64,000 nucleotides of DNA, taken from a virus. This document shows positions 10,101 through 18,360 of the stretch, one piece after another (within the stretch, counting starts at the first letter, position 1; each line of letters begins with the position of its first letter). Under the pieces are notes generated by a model that was not told the origin of the DNA, made no database searches, and saw only the letters and a program-made list of their open reading frames with translations. The stretch is from IMG/VR virus record IMGVR_UViG_3300036670_000256, positions 1 through 64,000 of that record; one strand, 5' to 3'. Both the position numbers and the translations under genes were made by a program.

Positions 10101-12746
10101 TCCTAAAGATTTAAATGGAACTGCATTTTTTTGAAATTCTGCAACTTTAGCTAAAGCTTCATTTTTGTCTTTGGTCCAGTTAACTTGTCCGTCACTATCT
10201 ACATCAACGTATTCAGTATTGCCATCTTTATCAGTAGCAATAACTGTCATTCCTTTTGTTTTATCTTCCGCTGTACTATAAACTAATGTGCTAGGAGTTT
10301 CTATTTCGTAATCAATAGATACAGAACCATCTGTACTTGTATTTAAACTTTGACCAAAAACTTTTCTATCTATACCATCAATGTTTATTATATCATCTGT
10401 ATTAGCATTTCTAAGTTCATCTAAAGGATCTACACTAGTTTGATCTTGTTTGTTTATTCCTAAAACTTCTGAAATAGTACTACCAATTCCTTGAATTTTA
10501 TTCCATACTTGATTTCCAAGTTTACTTAAAGTTTTTGCTTTTAATTTAGCTTTTTCTAACTGATTTCTGATTTCTTCTTCCGAACGTGATTCTTGTTCTT
10601 CAGTAGTTTCAAAAGATTCTTTTTCTGTGTAAATTGGATTTCCTTGTGGATCAATAGTTACATCATAAGAAATTGGATTTGCTTTTTTTCCAATCAATAA
10701 GTTTTTTTGATTTTCTTTAGTTTTACCAATCATATTAGCTAATGGAGTAACTTTAGATTTATAAGTTTCTACCTCTTTTTTGATAGCTGTAGCTAAATCA
10801 TTTTCATCGTCAATTGTAGCTTTTAATACATCTACGTTTTTATTAAAAATTTCAGTTTCTTCATCAACTTTAGTTTGTAAATGATCTTCTTCCATAAAAT
10901 TAACTATGTAAGCTTTTTTACCATTTATTTTTAAATCTTTAATTGCATTTTGTTGAGTAGATGCTTTATCATAAATGGCACCATACTTATCAAAATCTTC
11001 TTCAGTAATTATTCCTTGATCCTTAAGTCCTTTAGCAAAATCTACAAATTGCTCTCCTTTACCTTCAAACACAAGTTCTGCCATTTGCGCTCTAATATGA
11101 TAATCTTGAGTAGCTTTTTCGTCTGTTCCTTTTTCTTGAAACTTACTTAAACTTTCTGATCTACTTTCAAATTTTTGAGCTATATCAGCTTGTTTATTTA
11201 CTAATGTTTTTAAGTTAAAAGCACCACCGGCCATTGCTCCCATTGCAGCAGAAATAACTCTAGTAGCTTCTGAATCTTTTGAAGTGTAAAAATCCATAAA
11301 CCCACCATCAAAAATTCCAAGAACTCCTTGACTAGTATCGTAATTTTCAGTTGCTGGTCCTTGATATCCTTCTAAGCTACCATGAACATCAGCATAGCCT
11401 TTCATTTTAGACCATTCTTCGTATGTTTCTTGAACGCTTTCTTCTAATCCCTCAAAAGCCATTTTACCTCCAATAGTTGCTAATTTTTTAAACACTGGAG
11501 AAATTGAATTTACAGCTAACGCAGAACCTTTTTTTGCTAAATTTTTTGCAGCTAATTTACCGCCAAGAGTTTTTAGCATACCACCACCTTTTCCGAAAGT
11601 CAATCCCCAAGATAAAATATCAGCGGCAAAATATTGTGAATTATTTAAAAAAGTTCCGGCTGCCATTTGTCCTAATTCTTCTTCCGAAAACATTGGTATT
11701 TCTTTTCCGTTTTCGTCAAGTACTACATTTCCATTTGCATCTGTTTGAGAAACTCCTTTGTAAGTGTTGTAAACTTCTCCAGCATTAGCCAAAGAAACGC
11801 GTAAATTACTTATCAAACCTCCAGCTGTTCCTTCAACCATTTCTCCAAAGGTTTTTGTTAAAGTACCTCTATCAGTCATTACTCTACCCAATAAACCTTT
11901 TGCTTTTCCAACTTCGTTAATCCCTTCTGCACCACGAAATGCTCCGGATGTAGTTGCTCTAAGTTCTCCACGCAAAGCACTAGTTGCTGCTTTTTCTCCA
12001 ACAGCTTCTCCTGCAGCAATAGCACCCGCACGTTTTGCACCAGCTTCTATAGTTCCTTTTAAAGCTCCCTTTAATCCAGACTGAACTAAGTTTTTTACAC
12101 CACCAGCGGCACCATAAGTAGCCGCAATTTCCATAAGTTGAGGTAAAAACCTACCACCATGAGTAGACCAAAATAAAGGATCGGTTAAAGTAGAAAGTTT
12201 AAACTCAGGATTTAATATTTCTTCTGGCGCCCAAGTAGTATTTTCTGCTTGCATTTGTTCGCCTTTTTCTTGTAATGCTTTAGAAACCCAGTTGCCTTCA
12301 TACATATCAAGATATCCACCTGTAAAAGCAGAACCAAGTACTTGAGCAATGTTTCCATAATCTCCAATCATTTGACCTAAACCAAACATCATATTGGTTT
12401 GAGTATTTTTAACAAAACCATCATTTACAACAGATGGCGTCCATTCTGATTTGTCTTTTTCAGCAATATTAGATTCTTGAGCGGCCATGCTTGTAAGAGG
12501 ATCAAAACGTTCTGCATTACGGTCGTTTAATTCTTCTGCTTTTTGCGTTGGATCACCGGACATTTCTCTAGATAAATCAGGAATTATTTCTTGATTTTTT
12601 CTTTTGACTTCGTTTTGTGCAAAAGTTTCATTTAACCTTTGAGCATCGTTTTTTTCTTCTTCCGGAACAACACCTATTTGTTCTGGATTTTCTCTAAGAC
12701 TTCTTTCTTGTTTAAGCTTTTGGAATAATTGATTTATATCTGGCAT
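1149..12746 (-). CDS. giant virion-packaged RNA polymerase polyprotein with zincin metalloprotease domain (~3865 aa; start MPDIN at 12746)
   Basis: GSDNDGD catalytic-loop motif (5544-5558) preceded by an RIP motif (GTRIPSHG); HEVAH motif (9345-9359); Gly/Ala-rich hydrophobic segments; position at the end of the crAss structural module. Confidence 0.85.
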   Translation of the reverse strand: MPDINQLFQKLKQERSLRENPEQIGVVPEEEKNDAQRLNETFAQNEVKRKNQEIIPDLSREMSGDPTQKAEELNDRNAERFDPLTSMAAQESNIAEKDKSEWTPSVVNDGFVKNTQTNMMFGLGQMIGDYGNIAQVLGSAFTGGYLDMYEGNWVSKALQEKGEQMQAENTTWAPEEILNPEFKLSTLTDPLFWSTHGGRFLPQLMEIAATYGAAGGVKNLVQSGLKGALKGTIEAGAKRAGAIAAGEAVGEKAATSALRGELRATTSGAFRGAEGINEVGKAKGLLGRVMTDRGTLTKTFGEMVEGTAGGLISNLRVSLANAGEVYNTYKGVSQTDANGNVVLDENGKEIPMFSEEELGQMAAGTFLNNSQYFAADILSWGLTFGKGGGMLKTLGGKLAAKNLAKKGSALAVNSISPVFKKLATIGGKMAFEGLEESVQETYEEWSKMKGYADVHGSLEGYQGPATENYDTSQGVLGIFDGGFMDFYTSKDSEATRVISAAMGAMAGGAFNLKTLVNKQADIAQKFESRSESLSKFQEKGTDEKATQDYHIRAQMAELVFEGKGEQFVDFAKGLKDQGIITEEDFDKYGAIYDKASTQQNAIKDLKINGKKAYIVNFMEEDHLQTKVDEETEIFNKNVDVLKATIDDENDLATAIKKEVETYKSKVTPLANMIGKTKENQKNLLIGKKANPISYDVTIDPQGNPIYTEKESFETTEEQESRSEEEIRNQLEKAKLKAKTLSKLGNQVWNKIQGIGSTISEVLGINKQDQTSVDPLDELRNANTDDIINIDGIDRKVFGQSLNTSTDGSVSIDYEIETPSTLVYSTAEDKTKGMTVIATDKDGNTEYVDVDSDGQVNWTKDKNEALAKVAEFQKNAVPFKSLGTVLVSKDGNITDKATGKKVKFTSNKKPEAKTTNAKNEKAIDETAESIAAGVEPKGDVKVFYEENKKEIDALVKIKQEENENLSDEDKELIRQLSEDQNLDTEDNTDDEIIPDFKQVFDKDQAPDEFSDAREKREFINKIVEKIEKQNLIKKSGKILARGKNKAKSFKFGLNRFKEEYVDTSADNQLLQFSQSIEMSHALQQIFPDANANVYRIMDMEATLGTRALGLTVASQIYINEKTWNQGTTMMHEVAHIFYALTPNSPETKSLLNFALKNEALVEKITNLYSDMIQYQNPETGEKLTKKRIFGNKWNSYSEDVRNKWFDLQVQKGNLIKIPIEEQEILLDEIFAATLEGPLSDKYTNFFKEKENSSNEGVLSSERKRQVYAKKWWQKVKKLAEDTTGIAARKEFQQTLSDADKQIYSSDLNTILNAFETEIKGKETSLVVRESRSIAEDLAITQKNEAINELIEKQKNTIQEEVKRQKEARRNDKKETLFEQIIDEENGENDLENLMFDEIFNTDRLQYINKMSGIIKTFSEFYNKAKTLKARELNTNLNKIEFLDAQVLKYKLTKLAETSDSSADFIRRLQEAKDGDLKKFNLFLDKKRDSDKLVVLQSLHWLAKNQSDVTSIKTFVDKNGQVKLETNLSEKELTSSENKVDQMFKDKFNGNENYRNMLSSAENIYNGQFTKQDIDNVFNFLSGSKINRKEMLAANKININGKSYPLTNTIIAFVRSKNGLFNGLVDNKPVFDLGNKNEKFKSGIRTFIKAIVNENRKFTADYNVFNAEGNQTPVKIIDNFLTRNTKKMKEDAARMDKKDFLNKYSHKSGNLKKGKYANQLLNFLYDKISKGGDIDLVQYDGILNQNNNKSVILKNSDSGDHRLNDFMMFNKSASKGSYLMDTGRFSDSSRTYLMEVPKIDTEEIISFENKKIVFNDKQLLSNIFNTHKQLGMEMKFEEFKKAIEESIKDQKAFIESNSAVFARDPQMRKFFTDANGKMTKSLNKDGLMAVANFELNQIVNDTNFKEVFFPSFLFKNEKNENESLKRSKSGLSPMFSFPSVSLEAIYVDDIKKDGFTVTDAGFYILEEDAARIMSAGGTVMPLRNGYKLLHTGIEKNNENFKDQNVYNKGYATILNKAEVAKNPDLRGVYDLLKMRKLKWEEQNNQRADHNLLSGTPTYMNIVVPYSANKNVANMPAHYDSKVMSYDSLNSMYDNNNFAEAEAILDKTYYYDKDEQFTGLDGSNFGVQQVMDIDKDTANLGVQFVKSLTTNASVNGNLAAIEDILNDIKNLSSKQIEKGFNIINNGNQEQIMKFFKSLVDLNQIDQVQSDLIFKDGLKLSVPGVRELVKNTFANYIKKNGLKLNTPGNILREKPSTYRKQYATSSDLNATSGTSDLAFYNKNSDGTYSKGEVVLPKDMILGYGTKDQSLRRREYYVNKNLQATEKFAREKSKELGVGYGKVFGNDNEHIGYYVEGDSIMGTRIPSHGPQTTGFFEVIDFAEEEGNNIQLPNKFKEIVGSDNDGDQIFVQHKGKGMFGWNSVMNKMEKHYLTESTQKELMEPIDFKEDAEKAIVEIEKIYGKKQQEKILPGSSRGKQIAFDDTLISKSNVGIAANLHSNLRLFSNYEVELNSPITIDDQTVNKFSDSKEKSLTIASAKLFNIILDNSKYGFANKLGINKNTINTAMLLTNLGYDLNKVGLILNHPIVKMFSNSKETNSSVFKGEESIKIFDEIEKKYGLKKGSDVNVNTKDIDGSNQSIYNLLLVSNNITNNEMKSIEGILSIHNTMTVNPFEINGLLKEFNLTVNNQNDNSVLKFPAAYKNSPLIQNYVSVLEKNQEVQKKIDPTFSSALENVYNNIIDSTGKKLSKADHNTIKQAMDLFHSSQILNLNNLVSREYYDSLTATISGNTNKKNPKNIFDRLQNYISEQVKMVDENGNNNFNTNMLLSKGLNYSLAGNNKYVSINNAFFNDMMDSQSRKQILNEFSRLPGELQQDLMIYDLMKNGWKGNLSMFTLFNSEFKNKVSEKSDVPIAYSQDQLKTLETFLVKNNPELFLTHDGIFSKNSAGKIVLNNNLYKENKILYNKIKKGEPVFFKSDGKIYKFNGFTKSELKNAQDSKSYNDLLDLAMSRMSNGMPITQNFNKPLDYITIKNQNVTNPGPDSTTDSQEDIEFFNDLEESLKKKNNNKEDFGLEKREDNYWRFSETMDRNQFDKVMDYDANFDEITKESKFNRYLEEKQKADKLALKYNEQKLKSMSKESLLNLYMTEGKLSDDDGGVGLGWRDKIAYAKVLKNVVLEIANREAIDQSKLTGKTANGKDISMIQKWLLSNNVPSDHPAIQSLVRNMETKYKSYIEEKSKIAKEINQATDALYKEQFGYSNSSNNLVDILKKIKNSLFGNKTAFYDKLYGPLIIKESVTTANGTVIQNMKYKSEEQIEKDFKSGIISKAQKDFYDVTRKISKELEPFSVKEGKKSRTDYIPHTAPEMMEVYSSRGMLGLLLNSKTLNEKINDVYINATNPITGEKAEGVLFKEVKDWYNTYSKTNKSKAAEFYKLKKKAISLQRKGVNEDGSPLRASNVEIGSAIGDIFVDRFSKSRSVSSSDMPSMDLNKAFIDYASGTIFNNGNGIFEGFKSMVPVVDGIMAQAERDSNPNAAAYVDKIWKQYFLAGKKQQTIPNLKSLEAVGVSSDNVVDYITKGSLIYWLGYKGLAIGGGVYAIGNVLVGKYNNVLNQGGKNWAKGEKRFWLGKDGKFDITDPFKGVKESIAIMKKAGYMDINVFDDVKIEDKSSMEKMFTSLALFPMTWSEKWIQGVHFLGMLNEEQWEDARIDKTINKAKLTEMENEIKLSHGKGYSATDQRMIQMYSWGRMMMQFSRYIPTMIYRNFGKDDIDIYGKETIGTYTSLIQTIQKGMNGEWSPKTFMKYRKDLPDYKRRQLDKALSGFGLISGLIAVNQFADVRQVDKFVTDSNPFSLEKLLNKFTPASLKMIDTVVR

Positions 12747-12757
12747 AATTATTTTTA

Positions 12758-14734
12758 TTAATACATTTTGCTGTAAATTGCTAACCACTTTTCAGAAAAC
12801 CCTTTTTGTTGTTCTTCTGAATTTTCTAATATTTTTTGAATAATAGAAATATCTGAATATTGTTTGTCGTCATTTCTAAGTTGTTTAGAATAATCAGTGT
12901 TTCCTTCTAATTCTGCAGAACGCATGAATTGAGTAAAAGCTTGTTCTTTAGAACCATCTTCATATATGTTTGGATCTCCTTGACTTTGAGAGGCAGCCAA
13001 ATAAAATGATTTAACAAGGTTTGCTCTATTTCCACTATCTACATATTTTGGATTAGTAATGTAACTAGAATTTATTTCAGAACGAACATGAGAAGCTGCT
13101 TTTTTGTTTCCATTAATAATTTGTTTGTATTGTTGAATTTCTTCTTGTTCAATATCAGTAATTGCTTTTGTGTCTGCAAATTCTCTTTTACGTTGGTCAC
13201 CAGTATTTAAAATATCTGTTTCATCATCTACGTTATTTGGATCATGATAAATTGCGTTACTTGCATTATCCCAACCTATATCGTGATAAAATATATGTCC
13301 TTCTGCGTCTTTTAAAACCATAACTCTTTTTGGTACAATTTGAGATTCACCTAAAAGTTCATTGTATTTTTCTTGTCTTTCATTATGAATGTTTTTGGTA
13401 GGATCTCCTTTCCAGTTTCCTTTAACATTATCCATCAATAAAAAGTCTTTGTTATTTTTATCAATACCACCACCCATCATAACAATAGAATCTACTGTTA
13501 AATCATATTTCTCTCCAAATACATCATCATCATCATTATCGGAAATTCTTTTACCAGAAGGATCAAAAAGCCTTGTTGATGCAGAAAGAGTTACACCTTT
13601 AATTACATTTCCTTCTACTGATTCTCCTAATGAAGCACCCCAGCTTTTAGCTGCTTGAGGAATGTTTAATTTAGTGTATCTAGCACCTCTAGGTTTGTAA
13701 CCATTAGCCCATAAATTACTTTTATCACCATCGTTTCCGTCAATAAAATCATCTGTAGGAACGTCGTAAACAGAACCTAAATATTGCGATGCTTGATCTC
13801 CTAATTGATCAAATACATTACTGTTCCATTCTGTAGCTTTTATTTTTTGAGGAAGTCTTGACATTATTTCTGTAAGTCCTGTAGAATGAAAAGCTTTATA
13901 GCCTTTAGAATTTGGTCCTAATTCTAATTGTTTTTCAGCAACTTCTTTTTCTTTTTTAGTAGCTGCTATTTTAGCAAGTCTATCTAAACTTTCTTGTTGA
14001 AACTTTCTGTAAGCTAAATCTCTTTGCCAATCAGAACCTCGTCCTTTGTATTGAGAATTAGTAAATGCAATTAAATCTTCTCTACTAGGATTTTGATTTT
14101 CAGGATAGGTCATTAAATAATTACCTAAAATTTTAGCGTAATTTTCTTTATTATAAAGAATATCTTCTGTTGGAATTTCTTCATCATAATCGTACTCACT
14201 AGCTGGAGGCATTTCAATTTCTGACATTTGTCCACTATATGTAACAATACCACCTTTGTTTTTTTCGTAGTCTTGTAAATTTGCTTTGTCTTTAGGATTT
14301 AGTAAATGACCAAAACCTTTCATTTGCATATCTACAATTCTGTCCATATTTTTTTTGTTGTCTAAATATTGACTAGATTCTTCTGAATTGGTGATGGCGC
14401 TTTTATAATCTGCCATTACTCTATGTCCACCATTTTCTAAAAACTTACCCATATTGCCGCCAAAAGTTTTGATATTTTCACGAATACCAACAGCCATATC
14501 TTTAGCTTTTCTATTTATTTTGTCTCGATCGGGCGCAAGTAAAGTATCAGAAAATTTAGAAACTTGTTCCATATAAGCTTGTTGCTTAAGTTGGTCTTGT
14601 TCGCTTTCTAATTTTTCTTTATCAAGTTGCTGCTGCATTACGCCAAGCATCCCAAGTTCTTCTTTTTGAGATTCTCTTTTTCTTCCGGTATCGTATAAAG
14701 CGGAATAACCCATTCCTATAGCCCAATCGTTCAT
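12758..14734 (-). CDS. probable ejected internal virion (cargo) protein, 658 aa
   Basis: Helical, Gln/Glu-rich N-terminus; lies in the cargo block next to the vRNAP gene. Confidence 0.6.
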   Translation of the reverse strand: MNDWAIGMGYSALYDTGRKRESQKEELGMLGVMQQQLDKEKLESEQDQLKQQAYMEQVSKFSDTLLAPDRDKINRKAKDMAVGIRENIKTFGGNMGKFLENGGHRVMADYKSAITNSEESSQYLDNKKNMDRIVDMQMKGFGHLLNPKDKANLQDYEKNKGGIVTYSGQMSEIEMPPASEYDYDEEIPTEDILYNKENYAKILGNYLMTYPENQNPSREDLIAFTNSQYKGRGSDWQRDLAYRKFQQESLDRLAKIAATKKEKEVAEKQLELGPNSKGYKAFHSTGLTEIMSRLPQKIKATEWNSNVFDQLGDQASQYLGSVYDVPTDDFIDGNDGDKSNLWANGYKPRGARYTKLNIPQAAKSWGASLGESVEGNVIKGVTLSASTRLFDPSGKRISDNDDDDVFGEKYDLTVDSIVMMGGGIDKNNKDFLLMDNVKGNWKGDPTKNIHNERQEKYNELLGESQIVPKRVMVLKDAEGHIFYHDIGWDNASNAIYHDPNNVDDETDILNTGDQRKREFADTKAITDIEQEEIQQYKQIINGNKKAASHVRSEINSSYITNPKYVDSGNRANLVKSFYLAASQSQGDPNIYEDGSKEQAFTQFMRSAELEGNTDYSKQLRNDDKQYSDISIIQKILENSEEQQKGFSEKWLAIYSKMY

Positions 14735-14744
14735 ATTATTTTAT

Positions 14745-17570
14745 TTAATGTATTGTGGGAAATTTATAAGCCAATTGTCTAGTGTCTTCTTGAATTTTAC
14801 CAATAGTAGATTCTAAAATTTCATTATTATATTCTGAATTTAAAATTTCTTCTTCTGCTTTAAAATTAGTGTTTTCTAAAACAGTATTTGTACTTTTCAT
14901 TCTTTGCATTTCTGCTTGACTTTCTTCATTTATTTTTAAAGTTTCTTTATTAATATTTGCAATTCTTTCTTGAGCTGCAACAATTTCTGGATCTTTAGAA
15001 TTTAATCCATTAGTATTTGTAGTTGGAAAAGCTGTTTGAACGTTTGGATTAGTATTTACTAATGGAGGAATTACAGTTTGTGGTAAACCACTTTCAGTTT
15101 TTGTACTTTCAACCTCTACAATATCTCCGTTTTCGTTGGTTTTTGGAGCTTGAGGGAACAATAAACTTAAGTCTTTACTAGAAGATGCTTCTTGAAGTTT
15201 TGATTCGTCTAACGCAGTATTTATTTTATTGTCATATACATAGTCTATCAAATTTCTAGTAATTTCAGAACGCGCACCATGCTTGGCTGAAAATTCAGAC
15301 AACATATTTAATTGTTGTGGATTTAATGCTAATGCTTTTTTCTGAGTTTCCTTGTTTTTTGTAGTAACGGCTAAAGCTTCTGATTGTACTTTTTTCTGAT
15401 AAGATAAAGTACCGTAAGTATCTCCAAGTCCATTATCTTTAATAGCTGGATCGATATTGAACATTTTTAAATACATGTGACTTTTAAAAGCATGATTTAT
15501 ACTACCAGGTTTATTGTCTTTGTAATATTGCACATTATCTAATAATGATTTTATACTTCCAGCTACAAGCTCTCCACCGGCTCTTTTAGTAAGCATAGTA
15601 TCCTGATACTTTCGTTCGTTATTTGCAATATCTCTCCTAGAGTCAAACTCATTTATGTATTGCATTATTTGACCGTACTTAGCTAAATTTTCATTTTTGG
15701 CCGCAGCATCACCTAATGCGAGATTTATTAATCCTCCTTGTTTTTGTGCATCTAATCTACCTAAATTTCCAAGTACTGTATTTCTGTTACCACCAGAAGC
15801 TTTAGTTATTTGCTCAAGTCCACTTTGGTAAACTTCGCTAATCATAGTTTTAGCTTTAGCTTCTTCTTCAGGTCGTAATCCAATTTGAGATAGCTTTGCT
15901 AATTCGGCAGCGTAATTCCTTACAGCACCCGAAACTTGTTCGTCACGTAATGGAATGTCTTTATTTGCCATTTTACTACCAATAGCAATACCAGCTGCAG
16001 AACCTAAAACATCTGCAAAAGGAAAGTCGTTTTTGTAGTTATTTGGATCGTAAGTTTTTTGGTCCGGATCAAGTATTTCCTGATTCCAATTATCAGTAAA
16101 ATTACTTTCAGTTTCTTGTTTTCTGAATTCTTCTTGTAGTAGTTTTTTTTCTCTAACATCAATTTCAGATTGCTTAACTTCTTCTTCTTTTTTTACTGGA
16201 GTTTCTTCATTTGAAGTTTCTTCGTTTTCTTTAATAACAATTTCTTCTTCTTCAATATCCCAATCAGCAATTGGAATTATTTGATTTGATTCTGATTTTT
16301 TAACTTTTATATCTTTAGGTAAATCAATTAATTTTCCACTATAATTTTTACCTCCAGTTACTTTATTTAAAAGTATATTTTCATTATTTAAATCAATTTT
16401 CATGTCTTTACCTCGGTAAACATTTCCTTTGCTATCAAATTTAACAAGTTGAAAATTTTTATCTCCGGTAACATCTCTATACATTTCTTGGGTTTCTTTT
16501 AAATAATTATTTAAACTAAACTCTTTAAAACCTATTTCTTTTTGTTTTTTGTTCCATTCAATATTTCCTAAATCTTTTTGTTTACCATTAACACCATTAA
16601 AAGTTTCTGGTCTAGGAACAAACAAGCCTTCTTTTTTTAAATCTATTTCTAATTCTTTCTCGGTATCTTTTCCGAAATCTTGAACTGTATATTTACCTAA
16701 TCCAATTAATTTGTTTGATTTTTTTCCTGTTTTAACTTTAGTAGTAGGATCTAGTTCTTCTCCTTCTATTGTGCTAACTGAATAGTTACTTAGAGTTTCA
16801 AGTCTAAAATTTAAATCATTTCTTTTTGAATTTAATTTATTGTTTTCAAATTCATTATTTTCTGTAATAAATTCATTAAACATACCAGCTGGTTCTCCTT
16901 TTGGACCAACTTCAATTAAACCTTTTTTGTAATATTTTTTATTTAATTCTTGAATTTTTAAAGCTTGTAAACTTTCAGAACTATCATTGTTTAAAATACT
17001 TTCTTTTTCTTTTTTGTAATTTTTAAATTCTCCAAAAGCTTCTCCTCGGTCCCATTCTTTTTTTAATGGAGAAAGATTGTTTTTTTTCAATCCAGAATTA
17101 AATCGATTTACATATTCCGACATAGAAGGATTTACTTTTGTAGATTCTCTGTCTTGATTATTTACTACAAATTTATAAGCTGCCTTTGGTTCAAAATGAA
17201 CCATACCAGCAATAACATCATCTGTGTATTTAGTTTTTGGATTTGCTTTTTTTATAGCTTCTACTTGAGGTTTTACAAAGTTTTTAGCATAGTGTTCAAA
17301 GTATTCTTCTTGCAAAACTTTGTCATCTAAAAAGTCTTGATATGTAAGCATTTTTTTTCCTTTACTAGCGCCAAACTCTTGAATTCCTTTTACATTACTT
17401 GGAGTGTCTTTACTTTTCCACCAGTATTTTGGAACAAACTGATATTTACCTAATGCTTGTTTTGTTTTATCAGGAATACTGTCGTTAGTTTGATCATATC
17501 TAGAATTTTCAGAACCATCTAAACCAGCTCTAAAATTTCTTAACCATTTTTCGTAATCTATTTTTGGCAT
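14745..17570 (-). CDS. cargo protein with N-terminal lysozyme/transglycosylase-like domain, 941 aa
   Basis: GSE...ALGKYQFVPKYW resembles the lambda R-type E...AAGRYQ signature; later Gly/Ala-rich hydrophobic helices. Confidence 0.6.
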   Translation of the reverse strand: MPKIDYEKWLRNFRAGLDGSENSRYDQTNDSIPDKTKQALGKYQFVPKYWWKSKDTPSNVKGIQEFGASKGKKMLTYQDFLDDKVLQEEYFEHYAKNFVKPQVEAIKKANPKTKYTDDVIAGMVHFEPKAAYKFVVNNQDRESTKVNPSMSEYVNRFNSGLKKNNLSPLKKEWDRGEAFGEFKNYKKEKESILNNDSSESLQALKIQELNKKYYKKGLIEVGPKGEPAGMFNEFITENNEFENNKLNSKRNDLNFRLETLSNYSVSTIEGEELDPTTKVKTGKKSNKLIGLGKYTVQDFGKDTEKELEIDLKKEGLFVPRPETFNGVNGKQKDLGNIEWNKKQKEIGFKEFSLNNYLKETQEMYRDVTGDKNFQLVKFDSKGNVYRGKDMKIDLNNENILLNKVTGGKNYSGKLIDLPKDIKVKKSESNQIIPIADWDIEEEEIVIKENEETSNEETPVKKEEEVKQSEIDVREKKLLQEEFRKQETESNFTDNWNQEILDPDQKTYDPNNYKNDFPFADVLGSAAGIAIGSKMANKDIPLRDEQVSGAVRNYAAELAKLSQIGLRPEEEAKAKTMISEVYQSGLEQITKASGGNRNTVLGNLGRLDAQKQGGLINLALGDAAAKNENLAKYGQIMQYINEFDSRRDIANNERKYQDTMLTKRAGGELVAGSIKSLLDNVQYYKDNKPGSINHAFKSHMYLKMFNIDPAIKDNGLGDTYGTLSYQKKVQSEALAVTTKNKETQKKALALNPQQLNMLSEFSAKHGARSEITRNLIDYVYDNKINTALDESKLQEASSSKDLSLLFPQAPKTNENGDIVEVESTKTESGLPQTVIPPLVNTNPNVQTAFPTTNTNGLNSKDPEIVAAQERIANINKETLKINEESQAEMQRMKSTNTVLENTNFKAEEEILNSEYNNEILESTIGKIQEDTRQLAYKFPTIH

Positions 17571-17581
17571 GATTTATTTTT

Positions 17582-18349
17582 TTAATTAAGATAATTTAAT
17601 TGATTTTTTCTAAGCTCGGTAAGATTAGCAATAGATTCTTCTCCATCTCTCATTCGTTGCTCTTGCTTTCTAACCGTTTCTCCTTTTAAAAGCATGTCTT
17701 CATACCTAGTTCTAACATCTCTACTGCGTTTTTTAGTATCGCCAATATAATCTACAACACCTATAGTTGCTCCAATTGCGCCTCCTACAGCTGCACCAAC
17801 TGGACCAGCAACAGACATTCCTGCTTTTGCACCGGACATTGTTAGGTTTAATCCATTCATTATTGATTCTCCTTCACTTTCAGAAGTTGACGATAAAGCG
17901 CCATAAGCACCTTTTCCAAACCCTAAAATTGATTCGGTTTCATTTTCTCCTTGAGTTCCTAAAAAATTACTTTTAGGCTCTTTTTCAATATTAGTATTAG
18001 GACCTGAACCAGCACCTTCTGAATAACCGCTATATGGATTATCTCTTTGGTCGTCAGTAAGATTAATTGTTCCATCTGAATTAGAAGTTACAGGTTCTGT
18101 ATTTGGTTTAGTTTTTTCTTTTCCGCTAAACATGTTTAAGACTTCTCCAAAAATATCTTTTTTAGGAGCTTTATCAGAAACTTTTATTTCTTCTTCTGCT
18201 TTTTGTCCTAAAGCTTTCATTTTTTCAAGTCCTTTTTGTTCCTCAATTTCTTGATCAAGGTCTGATAAAGATTTTCGACCTTTTTCTTCAAAGTTTTTGT
18301 AGTTGTTTTTAAGATCATCAAAACCACTCATAAAATCATATAAAGCCAT
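17582..18349 (-). CDS. probable ejected protein with glycine-zipper membrane segment, 255 aa
   Basis: GAKAGMSVAGPVGAAVGGAIGATIGVV segment; position between muzzle and cargo genes. Confidence 0.6.
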   Translation of the reverse strand: MALYDFMSGFDDLKNNYKNFEEKGRKSLSDLDQEIEEQKGLEKMKALGQKAEEEIKVSDKAPKKDIFGEVLNMFSGKEKTKPNTEPVTSNSDGTINLTDDQRDNPYSGYSEGAGSGPNTNIEKEPKSNFLGTQGENETESILGFGKGAYGALSSTSESEGESIMNGLNLTMSGAKAGMSVAGPVGAAVGGAIGATIGVVDYIGDTKKRSRDVRTRYEDMLLKGETVRKQEQRMRDGEESIANLTELRKNQLNYLN

Positions 18350-18360
18350 AATTTAATTTT

